From Octopus sinensis (Eukaryota), in contig NC_043012.1 in NCBI RefSeq assembly GCF_006345805.1, positions 24,552,001 to 24,616,000 of the forward strand: 64,000 nucleotides of DNA, written 5' to 3'. The position numbers and the translations under genes are program-made. The notes beneath the pieces were generated by a model, which saw only the letters and a program-made list of their open reading frames with translations, had not been told where the DNA came from and did no database searches. Positions 26,946 to 38,582 of the stretch are shown here, in pieces (position 1 is the stretch's first letter; every line of letters begins with the position of its first letter).

Positions 26946-28855
26946 TTAATGGTTCAGATACATGTCATTCTTTGGAGGGGGAGAGAGGGGGGAGTACAGA
27001 TCTTGTCACATTGGACACAAAATTGTTGGTGAGAAAATAAAAGCAGGGGGAAAGAAAAGGGTTAGGTGTGAAGTCTTAGTGTCTGTTGTGAGTTGTAGGA
27101 CTCTTAAAACTGAAACTTAACTCAGTTTCCATGACATATAAATGATAAAGATTACAACACCATATCTTTTCATTTACAAATAACATGTAATAAGACCCAA
27201 CAACAACAACAGCCTAATTTTTGAATTTTAAGATGTAGGCCCTTCAAATGTAGATTTTAGTGGAAGTTCAGGGCCAGGTATATATATGTATCACCAGCTG
27301 GTTCTCTCTTCTTATATATTCCATTGTTCAACGAGGAGGCTATGATTTACTCTCTCTGACTCAGCAACAGGCTGTTCACTGCACACACTTTTTAACTTAA
27401 GCCTTTTATCATTGACCAGCTGTGGTTGGTAGCTGTACAATTGTAATCTACAAGATTCTCACATAAATAATCATCTCACAAGAGCAACAAGCCTGAGAGA
27501 AGACTCTCACTATTTATTTAATTTATTTACTTATTTGTTTATTTGCATGTATTTTTATTGTGTTCTGTTTTACTTCTACACCATCTGTTCTTGTTTACAA
27601 GACTTTCAGTGCTACTCCCAAACCATTTGGCCGTTGCTAGTTTTCTTAGCAAGCTTAGAGATTGTTGCTAATATTCTTATATATATACACACACATACAT
27701 AATATATATGTATGTGTGTGTGTGTGTGTGTGTGTGTACATAATATAAGCAAATATATTTTTACATACATGTATATAGACATATACATTGACACACATGC
27801 ACTGCCTAATCCCCAATGACAATGTCAGTGCATTTAGTCATTGTTAATGACCTCAAGGTGGGTGTGTTGTAAAGAGACTAATATTTGGGTCTGAATATTT
27901 CTCCCTTGACTCCCATCTCTTTGTTTGCAAATTTATTACCCAATCATTGGTCATTGCTTTTGTTTTTATGTATTTGTTGTATCAGTGTTCAATTTCATCA
28001 TTGCCAGCTTTGGACATCTTGTTTCTATGTTAGGCTGTTTACATTAACCTCTCTTGTGAGTCACAACTCCATTTGGTGCCACAACTTCATTTGCTGGCAC
28101 TGCCTCAATTGGTGTCACAACTTTTGGTGTAATTTCTTCAAAATAAGCTCAATTTCGGATTGAAAGCAAACAAGAAAGAAACTGTTGTTCGTTTAATGAT
28201 AAATAAAAAATGCTGAGTGACCTGCTATATTTGTCATCTCCCCACCCCCATTTTTTCTTTATTGTTTGAGGTGAAGGCAGATGGCCTAATGGTTCGGGTG
28301 TTGCACTTATGATCACCAGATCATAGTTTTGATTCCTGGACTGAGCAGTGCTTTTGAGTTTTTGAGCAGAACACTCTATTTTCCATTGCTGCAAACCACT
28401 CAGCTAAGTGGTTTGCAGCAATGGAAAATGGTCACCCTGCTGGCGGGGGTACAGTGGGGTAGAGGGAAATGTTGTGATCTTGATCCCCTCTATATCATGG
28501 AAACCATCTACCTAACTAGGCCTATGAATTCTAATGTTCTAATGTTATTTCTGTTATCTGAAGAATTGAACTGACCGTAAAACTGAAAGCTGACCCGTTG
28601 GACATGTAAACAATCTGCAGAAACTCATCGTAGACATGTCCAGTTATTAGTTTATACATATGGATTGTTGTTTCCAATATCAGTTCCACCACAAATAATA
28701 AAACTGATCATCCTCACCAGATTTGAAGGGATAAATAGAGCAAAAAAAAATTTAATAAGGGAGGAATGAGATTTCATGACTATTACAATTTGATTGATTA
28801 ACAATAAATTTTATTTCTTTTCGTTAACTTTAAAAAAATTTCCTCTTTTATCCAG

Positions 28856-28869
28856 GATAGTAATTACAG
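28856..28869 (+). CDS. Candidate 14-nt microexon (DSNY + AG)
   Basis: Acceptor tttcctcttttatccag with an upstream ttaac branch-like site, and donor CAG|gtaaga. An ACTAAT cluster lies downstream. Confidence 0.5.
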
Positions 28870-29734
28870 GTAAGACAACATTTAGTAACCAAAACCATTT
28901 GCATTAATAGAAGTTAATTGTTAGTTGTTTTGTTTTACTACTTACTGTTTACTACTAAACTTTAACTAATCTTAACTCAGTAAAATGTGAAGTAGAAAAG
29001 CTTTGCAGTTGTTGTACTAATAACTAGAATTAACTTTTAACTAATGTCATCTGCAAAAAAAAAAACAAAAAAAAACTAAACCATGCATTCTAACCGAATC
29101 TGTGTGATGTAGTTTTCTGTTCATAGTTTATAAGATTGATGGAATCTTTTGTGATATCTTGAAGGTTGAAAGTAGTCAATGTCTTATGCTGAAATCCGAT
29201 CCTTTTCATATTGGAGTTTACTCCTCTCCACCCATGGCCATCTGTAGAAGTTCTGAGAGCCTCAGAGGTGTTTCTGTTGTAACCATCATGTCTCCTCATT
29301 TTAAGATTTTAAGGTGGAATTTGAGTGAGGTTTGGTTGCTATTTCTACCAGGTCCATTAACTGTGTAGAGGCTCTCTCATTGGCTCAGAAGGGTTCCTCA
29401 TCGGCCTGTATCCCTTTTAAATGCATTGTATTGGCTTCAGAAGATATTGTAGCTGACATAGCTGGGAGGAACTCAGAAAGGAGCCAGAATTCATCTCATC
29501 TTTTATTATATGTTCAGTGATGTGACATAGCTTCATTTGTGCAAATATCTAATGTTACAAACCCATCCAACCCATGTTAGCTTGGAACATCAATATATAT
29601 CAATGGATAATATATATATAATTATAAAATATGTGAAACAAAAATAAATAAATAACCTCCATCCTCAAAAGTCATTAGACACTGAATTTAATGATATATC
29701 TATTTTAGTATCATTAGATAATTAGTTGTCTCAC

Positions 29735-29763
29735 CTGAAGCAGCATGGAAATAATATTTCTTG
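29735..29763 (-). CDS. Candidate 29-nt antisense-strand exon (KKYYFHAAS)
   Basis: Minus strand ccacacattcaatag|CAAG...TTCAG|gtgaga. The acceptor is weak. Phase 2->1 bridges 38540-38582 and 11769-11832. Confidence 0.25.
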
Positions 29764-29787
29764 CTATTGAATGTGTGGCGAAGCAGG

Positions 29788-29856
<69 letters not shown>

Positions 29857-29978
29857 GTGCTTTACCTTAACTACTTGAATTGCTTGTCAAGTACAGAACA
29901 AACTATAGAAGCTGACCAAATAGACTTGAAAGAGAGAGAGAGAGAGTGAGAGTAACAGAGTGCATGACTGAAGAAAGT

Positions 29979-30035
<57 letters not shown>

Positions 30036-30981
30036 TTGTAAGTGAAAAACAAAATCTTAATTAAGCAGAATTTCTCTGTTATTGTACAAAAGAGGAAAAA
30101 TACTCTTTATTGCTCCTCAACAAAGTCATTTTGGTGAGTAAATTCAACTTCCTGCCCACATGGTACGAACTACATTTTATTTAGTTTTACTTTTAGATTT
30201 TCTTCTATTTTCATTTCACTCTATTCCCCCCACTCCACCCCCACCCCACCGCCCTCCATCTCTAATTTTTTTTTTCCTGCATTCTTCATTTTCTCTCTCT
30301 CCTAATTTCAATTCTCTAAGCAACATTCACATCCTCTCTTTTCTTCTCCCTTTACTGCCGCATTTCTTTTCTTCTTTCTTGTTCTTATTTCATTCTTTTT
30401 TTTCTTCTTAATCAACTTCTTCATTATTACATTTTCTTCTCTTTCTCTCTTTTTCTCTTATTTTCATTCAGTTTTCTTTCGTCTTCTTTCTTTTTTCTTT
30501 TCTATATCTCTCCCTTTTGTTCTTTCTTTATTTCTTCCTTCCTTTCTATTCATTGATCTCTCTCTCTCTCTCTCTCTTTCTCTTTCTTTCTTTTGATCTT
30601 TCTATTATACAGTGGCATACATTCATTCATTCATTTATTCATACAGTCATTCATTCACATTCTCTTCATTCTTTTCATACAGGCATTTATGCTGTCTCAC
30701 TCTTTCCTTTCCTTCCTTTCTTCTCTCTCTCTCTCTTTCCTCTTTGGCTGTCTCTCTGCCTTTCCAATATGCAGCGAAACACACTGCATATATTATCAGT
30801 GTGTTTATGTGCATATACATACATACATATATACATATGTATATGTGTGTGTGTGTTTGTGTTTGAAATGCTTATAAGCTCTCACACAAAAATATATTTA
30901 TGCATACAAAGGTGTTCCACAAGTAAAGCTACGTTTTTAAAATCTTTTATATTTAAAGATCTGACAGACCTTCTGGGACAC

Positions 30982-31020
<39 letters not shown>

Positions 31021-31169
31021 CATAAATATATGCATGTATGTTCACAAATGTATTTTCATCTTCCAGAACCGAATTTTGTTTATACTTAAATATTTCACCT
31101 TTAATAAATTTAAAACATCATCATCATCATCAACTACAACAACAGTAATAATGATAACAATGATGGTGC

Positions 31170-31548
31170 TGTCTACTATAGGTACAAGGCCTTAGTTGAT
31201 TACATCGTCCCCTGAATTCAACTCATTTCATCAACCCTGATGAATGGACAGCAAAGTTGACCTCAGCAGAATTTGAACCCAGCAATGTAAAGATGGACAA
31301 AATGCTGCTAAGCATTTTGTCCAATGTGCTAACGATTCTTTTCTGCTCTAGGCACAAGGCCTGAAATTTTGGGTGAGTGGGGGCCAGTCAGTTAGATCAA
31401 CCTCAATATGCAACTGGTACTTAATTTATCGACACTGAAAGGATGAAAGGCAAAGTCAACCTCAGCGGAATTTGAACTCAGAACGTAAAGACAGATGAAA
31501 TACCGCTAAGCAATTCACCTGGTATGCTTCTGCTAGTTCGCTGCCTTA
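31170..31548 (-). mobile_element. Two tandem second-family SINEs
   Basis: Two copies of ggcaaagtc/gacctcagc..gaatttgaac..gctaagc, followed by (AAT)n. Confidence 0.8.
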
Positions 31549-32307
31549 ATAATAATGATAATAATAAAGAAAGAAAAAAGAAAAGAAAAGAAACTGTGTG
31601 GCACTTTTTGCTTTCCAAACATAGTTCCAAATTCTTTTGAAAGCTGCTCCATTTTTTCTTTCATGTGTGTCATGTGAATCTCTTTCATTCTTACTAGCAT
31701 TTCCTGTCCACGATTGTTTTGGGAGATGGAAAACTTAAATCGGAAACAGTTGACCTAACTCATAGAACATCAGTGATTTGTGTCTCCCAGACATTGTGTC
31801 TCTAGTAAAGATTCTACTTAAACTCTCAGAAGCATTGTCTACATTGAAGAAATATAGGTACCATGTACTGTATTTTAATCAAAGACAGGGGACCGAAAAT
31901 ACCTCCAAACACACATTGTAAAGTGGTTGGTGTTAAGAAGGGCATCTAGCCATGGAATCCACACAAAGCTGACTTTGGAGTATGAAGCAGCCCTGCAGCT
32001 CCCTGGACCCTGTCAAACGATTCCAGTTGTGATGACATGGCAAACAGACCTTAAATGATGATGATGATAGTGATGATGATTTTTCTGCTGACAGTGTTGA
32101 GCTCAGAGTGTTCCCACATGCAAAAGAGGGCTCACTAAACAAAAAAATGTCTCTATGATGGAAAGCATGTTTAGAGGCTTCACTATCACACTTGTCTTAT
32201 CACCAATGAGGTTCACCACCAATGTGCTCTTAAGACGAGTATTACCACCATTATGACTTGTACAGCGATGCAATGATAGGAGGGCAATCCAGAGCTGGCT
32301 AAATGGG

Positions 32308-32458
32308 ATCATCATCATCATCATCATCATTTAGCATCCGCTCTCCATGCTAGCATGGGTTGGACGGTTCAACTGGGGTCTGTGAAGCTGGAAGGCTTCA
32401 TCAGGCCCAGTCAGATCTGGCAGTGTTTCTACGGCTGGATGCCCTTCCTGACGCCAAC
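32308..32458 (-). mobile_element. RTE-tail SINE/LINE 3' fragment, abruptly truncated
   Basis: (cat)n ttagcatccgctctccatgctagcatgggttggacgg...ggatgcccttcctgacgccaac. Related fragments lie near 2305-2420, 7795-7975 and 53850-53915. Confidence 0.8.
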
Positions 32459-32825
32459 CTTTATCTCTATCCTATCTCTCTTTCTCTTTCCATTCTCTGA
32501 TTAGCATTTTAATTTCCTGTCTGCCTTTTTTCTTGTCAAAGTCTTAGTCTCAGAGTTAGCTTCTACATTGAAGTTTATTGTCATATGTCATTCCACATTG
32601 AGTAAAGCAAATACATCAAGAATCACAAAAATGTGTGTGTGTGTGTCTGTGTGTGTGTGAGACTAAGGCAGGCAGACAGAAGCAAGCTGTTCAGAGGTGG
32701 ATGTGAATGTGCATGCATGTTTGTGAGTGTTATAAATAAAAACCAGGTTTTCGTTAATGAAACAAACTGAATTTTCCTCAGGATGTTTTAGTTATAAACA
32801 TTTATAGATTTTATTATGATTATCA

Positions 32826-32859
<34 letters not shown>

Positions 32860-33420
32860 AGTTTGAATTTAATTTTTATAAATTGCTCCATTATCATCAT
32901 TATCATTTCCTTTATTATTATCATTATCATTATTATTATTGTTGTTATTTACATATTTTGAGGATGCACACTTTTTGGTTGCCGTTGGAAGAATATTATG
33001 TATGATATTTGTCTATATGTATGTATGTATGCATGTGCCTGTGTGTATGTATGTATGTATTGCTTTCAGCCTCTTGCAGGCGTAGTGTCATCATATACCA
33101 ACTAACACTCACCATTTTGGATTTTGCTTCTGCATAATAATTATTCGGAGCTATTTAGGTCAAATTGCCAGCCAATTGAGCTGTGTTCTTGTCTTTGCTC
33201 TTACTTTCTTTTTGTTTCCATGTGTGTGTGTGTGTGTGTGTTATTGTAATTTTTCATCATTATCATCAGTATCATTATTATCTTCATAAGTCGTTTTATT
33301 ATCGTTTTTTTTTGTTGTTTATTGTCTAATTTGTATTGAGAATTTCGACTAAATGAGTCTGCCTAAACTTCTTAAAGTAGTGTACTAGTAATTGACTGAA
33401 GTCAATTCAACTCCCCAGAC

Positions 33421-33455
<35 letters not shown>

Positions 33456-33566
33456 CCCCCCCCTCTCTCTCTCTGCCACTCACTCTCACTTTATCTCTAT
33501 CCTATCTCTCTCTTTCTCTTTCCATTCTCTGATTAGCATTTTAATTTCCTGTCTGCCTTTTTTCTT
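32459..33566 (+). repeat. Direct duplication of about 76 bp (32459-32534 and 33489-33566)
   Basis: ctttatctctatcctatctctc...gattagcattttaatttcctgtctgccttttttctt is identical apart from one CT unit. Confidence 0.9.
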
Positions 33567-34442
33567 TTCTCCCCCCCCCCCAACCGGCACTTCTCTCTTT
33601 CTCTCTTCGGTGGGCGGTGTCACATGCCATGGAATAAGCAACCTGTTTAGTTATTCATTTTGTGAATGAGTTCCTCGGTGCTATGCTATGAATCTCTTCA
33701 AAACTAGCCATGTTTCTCTTTAACTTGCTTTCAGCATAACCTCAACCGCCTTTCTCTGGCATTTATTCCTTCCTCCAACGTATCCTTGGCAACTGCTTCA
33801 ATTGGAATCTAACCATATAAAAACTTAGTTGGCTATGATCTCCATTTCTGTGCAGTTTTATACATATATATACATACATACATATATATATATATATAAA
33901 AACACATACATAGAGAAAGAAAGAGGCTGGTAGATAATATGGTATTTTTCTGTTCCAATTTTCTTCATTACCCCCAGTAGCTGGTTTCTATTGTCACGGG
34001 TGGTTGAACAGAGAATCCCCACTGAATGTCTCTTCAAAATTAGAGAAGCATGTCGATCATTACATTACAAATGACACTTTACTGAAATATGTCAGAAGGC
34101 AGGAACTGGCATTTTAGAAATGGTAATACTTACACAGACTCTAATAAATCCAACAACAACAATATACAAATATCTAGCTAACAAAAAAATTTCAATATAA
34201 AAATGAAGGAAAACAAGCAAAAAGTTTATAACAAAGAAAAAAAAAAAGCAAGTCTTTCTTTCTCAAACTTTCCATTCTCTCTTGTTGCAAATATTTAAAT
34301 ATTTTATATTTTTGTTTTATTTTTATCTTTTTATCACTGGAAAAGTTTCTTAAATAGCAATTTATTCTCTTTTTTCACCATTAAAACTAGTTCTAAATTA
34401 CTTCACTGTCTCAGTGACTTCTTCGCCATCATCACCTCTGTA

Positions 34443-34488
<46 letters not shown>

Positions 34489-34983
34489 CCCCTCTCTTTC
34501 TTCGATGATGCCTTATTACCCACTGTCCAAGATGCTTCCATTTCTTCACAGCACATTTGTTCCTTCCTCTAACCTCTGATATTACTGATCAGCTTAAACT
34601 CATCGATGCGTTTAAGTATTCATTGGACAGGAGATTGGATTTCATTCATTACAACTGTTTCCCCCCGCCTCCATTTTCTTACCTTGTTGCTATTAAATTT
34701 TACTGCACATCATATATCAGGGGGTATGTCTGTGTGTGTGTGTCAGTGTATGCATGCGAGTGCATATGTTGGTGAGTGTATTTTTATTCAACTACAAACA
34801 GCAATTAACAGTATTAATTCTGTCATATAAGTGTGTGGGTGTATGTGCATATATATAATATATTATATACTCTGTGTGTATGTATATATACATATATATA
34901 TATGCGTGTGTGTTATATACTGTATGTGTACGAATGCATAGATATGTATGCTTATTGCAATATATATATATATATATGTGTAC

Positions 34984-35018
<35 letters not shown>

Positions 35019-35351
35019 TGTATATACACATGTATGCTCTGTTTACATGTGTATGCATACACACTGACATCTCGTACGCTATGTTAATGTACCATGATGT
35101 CACCACATGTCCCCATATTCATCTGCTCGTAATTATTCAATCTAACATTTACCACCATCTTTACATGTGGGGTTTTTTCTTCTTTTGTATGTTTTTTTTT
35201 TTTTTTAAGAAGTACGTCTAATTTACCATTCCATTGCATTTGCTGTGAGTAGACATGTATGCAGTGCATGTCCAATCAATTCCAGCATGAAACTATATAC
35301 ATCTCAGCTTCCAAGATATATTTAGCCATATCAGTAGTTTCATATCTGCTT

Positions 35352-35423
<72 letters not shown>

Positions 35424-36047
35424 ATCTACTACCACCACTAATAATAATAATAATAATAATAATAACAATAATATCATCACCACTGCTACTTGGGTATTTT
35501 ACTCATGTATTCACCTCTCTCTCTCTCCTTTGTTTTCTTTGTCCCTTTTTCAATTCATTTTGTTATATAATTTGAATTCATTTTTTTTCACTTCATTCAA
35601 TTTCTTTCCCCCTTTTTTCTTTAAAGAAAATAAAAACTATAATAAATCAGTCCAAAAAAAAAAAAACTAAGACTCCTTTGCACAGAATCCGAGAAGGAAT
35701 AGTGCTATTGACAAATGTCCTTTAATGGTAGAAAAACTGAAACAATTACCAAACATTATTGCATTTTAGCATTTTTGCTCCAGTTACTAAATCCATATTA
35801 ATAGCAGATACGATCACCTTCACTACCTCCATCACCACCGTCTGATATATTGTATTTTTTTAATGTTTTTTTTTCATTTTCTTCCTTCTTATTCTCCCCA
35901 AAAGCATCGGATTTAAAAACACAACATATGTAACTGCAATACAGTTTCAACATTATAAGTTTATTATAAACTTGGATCTGGTTTGGGCAATAAATTGTGT
36001 CATAAAAGGTGATGGAGGTAATGGTGGAATCATCAATTTTCGCTGTT

Positions 36048-36096
<49 letters not shown>

Positions 36097-36741
36097 AGAT
36101 TCCCATATTTTAGTCTATGATTTCATAATCTATTGCATGGTAAACGGTGGTGGCCATGGAAAAGTTTTTAAATTGTCAAAGAATTGTGTGTGTGTATACC
36201 TATATATAAAACCATCCAACCCATGCCAGAATGGAAAATAGGTAATTAAATAGTGATGACAATGATGATTATAAATTTATATATACACATGCACACAGAC
36301 ACACACACACAAATGTACATACATACATGTATATCTGTCCTTGTTTTAAAGAAACCCCACTGATAACCTACACTTCTGTCATTCTCTTTTCTATAATGAA
36401 TCTTGAAATGACTTTACAATATCTCAGTTCTTTCTGGAGAGACTTTATCAGTGAACCAAAATGAAATAATAATAATTATAGATGAATGAATAAAATTGTT
36501 AAAAGTTGAAATACAATTTCACTGTTTCCTCCCCCACCTATCACCCTTCCAATATCACATTTTCTTTTAAGAAAAATGGTACTTTTATATGAAGCAGTGG
36601 TAAGACATGTGAGTGTGTGCACATATTTACATTATGTTTGCGTATATATGTGTGTGCATGTTTGTATGCACATTTGGAAGTATATATATGTATACAAGGT
36701 GGTCACCCAGCATGACTGCAATCCAGTGACTGAAACAAATG

Positions 36742-36773
<32 letters not shown>

Positions 36774-37306
36774 GTGTTTTAGCTGCATTATAGGCTTTTG
36801 GGCAAATCAGCGCACTGGGCCCTTATAGTTTTATTTATTGACAGCAAACCACAGCATACATAGACCAGAATTGAATCCCTAGACCCATGATGCCACTAGC
36901 CCCTGGGCAAATGTTGAATGTGCTTGGGAGCCTTTAGACAACATTATATATATATGTGTGTGTGAGTCTGCATGAATGTGTATTTCTATGTGCATGTGTG
37001 TGTCTACACGGCATATTTTTAAATTTTGATTTGTCAGACGAATAATGAGTGAACAAGTGAAATCTTTTCCATTGGTTCAAGTGTCATGCCACCACCAATC
37101 TTGTGCCACATGAGATTCATGTCATAAGAAAGAAATTTACCCCATGAGTGTATGTTATTTCTGTAGCACCAATCTTCAATAAAGCTTTATCAATATCATA
37201 ATCTTGTTTCTGTTTTTTTCCTCTTTTGTGTGTGTTTTATTTGTTTCTATCTCAAATATAATCCTGTTGAAAATAACCAGCTACAAGAGCTTTCTTTTTA
37301 TTATCA

Positions 37307-37350
<44 letters not shown>

Positions 37351-37352
<2 letters not shown>

Positions 37353-37745
37353 GGTGGCAGTGACCTCGCATCATCGTTAATACACAATGTGCTTAGTGGC
37401 ATTTCTTCCGTCTTTATGTTCTGAGTTCAAATTCTGCCAAGGTCAACTTTGTCTTTCATCCTTTTGAGATTGATAAAGTACCAGTTGAGCTCACCTGATC
37501 CCACCCCACTAAAATACCAGCCCTTGTGCCTAGACTAGAAATTATTATTATTATTATTAATGTGTGGTGCTGGTGGATCAGACAAAAAGTTTGGTAGCAT
37601 TTCTTCCAAGATCTTCAAGTTCAAATTCTTCCTTAGTTGACTTTGCCTTTCACCCTTTCAGAGTCAATAAAATCGATACCTCTGGGGTTGATGTAATTGA
37701 CTTTCCCCCACACCCACACCTGTTGGCCTTCTGCCAAAATTAGAA
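37351..37745 (+). mobile_element. Two tandem second-family SINEs separated by (ATT)n
   Basis: aaggtggcag...ctgagttcaaattctgcc...; a second copy starts near 37560. Confidence 0.75.
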
Positions 37746-37811
37746 AGAATTATTATTATTAGATTTTAAATTTTTATCTTTTTTTGTTTTCTTTTATTAT
37801 TTGCATCACAG

Positions 37812-37853
37812 GTTCAGTTGTTTTCATTGCCTCTTGTTGTGTCTTCCATATGT
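37812..37853 (+). CDS. Candidate 42-nt symmetric exon (R-FSCFHCLLLCLPY-V)
   Basis: Acceptor ttttattatttgcatcacag and a weaker donor TGT|gtaaac. Phase 2->2, compatible with 28856-28869. Confidence 0.3.
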
Positions 37854-38128
37854 GTAAACCTCTGCCCTTGACACACAAGGATGTCTCATTTCCTTATTTC
37901 TCTGGAGACTAAAAAAAAATGATGAACAGCCTTAAATGATTTAGGACCCTTATTGGGATCTCTTCAGAAGTTTCTATATTAATTGACCAATTTCAGACAA
38001 ACAAGTCGCCTGTCTGTTTATGTCCATCAAATCTAGTTGGTTCCAAGAAATGGAGTTATTAATTCAGAAGTCTAACATTTTATTTGATATCAGATATCTG
38101 TCCATTTAGTATCAAAGTATAATCTCTC

Positions 38129-38519
38129 TCTATATATATAAAGCTGAAGTTGTCTGTGTATGGCAGGTTTGGTAGCCTTCAACTAACACTATCTCCTCCG
38201 AGACCCTGCAGCGCAAGTTGACCAAAATTGAGAGTATGATAGAAGAAGGCTTGCTCTTCCTTCCATAGAAGAAAAAATCCAAATCGGACCATGTTAACAC
38301 CAAAAATTATTTACATCAAAAAGGTGCTTTTTTTTCTATGAAAATCACTATTTTTTACGATTTTTTTACTGCTGTGTCACCATTTTTTGGTGTATTTCAA
38401 CCAGAAAAATGTTCACTTAAAGAGAATAACAAGCTACATAATGCAAAATTTTTACTTTTCAAAAATTCCAATTCTAAAGGGTCGAAACAGACCCAAGCAA
38501 TGCTGGGCGATACTGCTAG
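38129..38519 (+). mobile_element. Non-autonomous Helitron
   Basis: 5' TCTATATATATAAAGCTGAAG, subterminal hairpin cccaagcaatgctggg, and 3' CTAG followed by T. Confidence 0.75.
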
Positions 38520-38539
38520 TATATATATATATGACTTAC

Positions 38540-38582
38540 AGCCAGTTTAACAACAAACCAGTCCAACTATGAATATGGTGCT
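38540..38582 (-). CDS. Candidate 43-nt antisense-strand exon (HHIHSWTGLLLNW)
   Basis: Minus strand poly-T tract + atccag|AGCAC...TGGCT|gtaagt. One frame is open (phase 1->2). Confidence 0.3.

Noticed and set aside
29090-29520. Cluster of 62-69-aa ORFs in unique-looking sequence
   Set aside because: Stops interrupt every frame and there are no consistent splice sites. It is probably an old transposon fragment.
33978-34120. Acceptor followed by 31- and 46-codon open frames
   Set aside because: The peptide (LNVSSK..HYITND.L.KYVRRQEL.F) resembles a decayed LINE reverse-transcriptase C-terminal region, and there is no good donor.
34553-34775. ORF 34557-34775 with a GTATGT donor
   Set aside because: DAFKYSLDRRLD resembles the FK..LD end of CR1/L2 ORF2, so it is more likely a LINE relic than a host exon.
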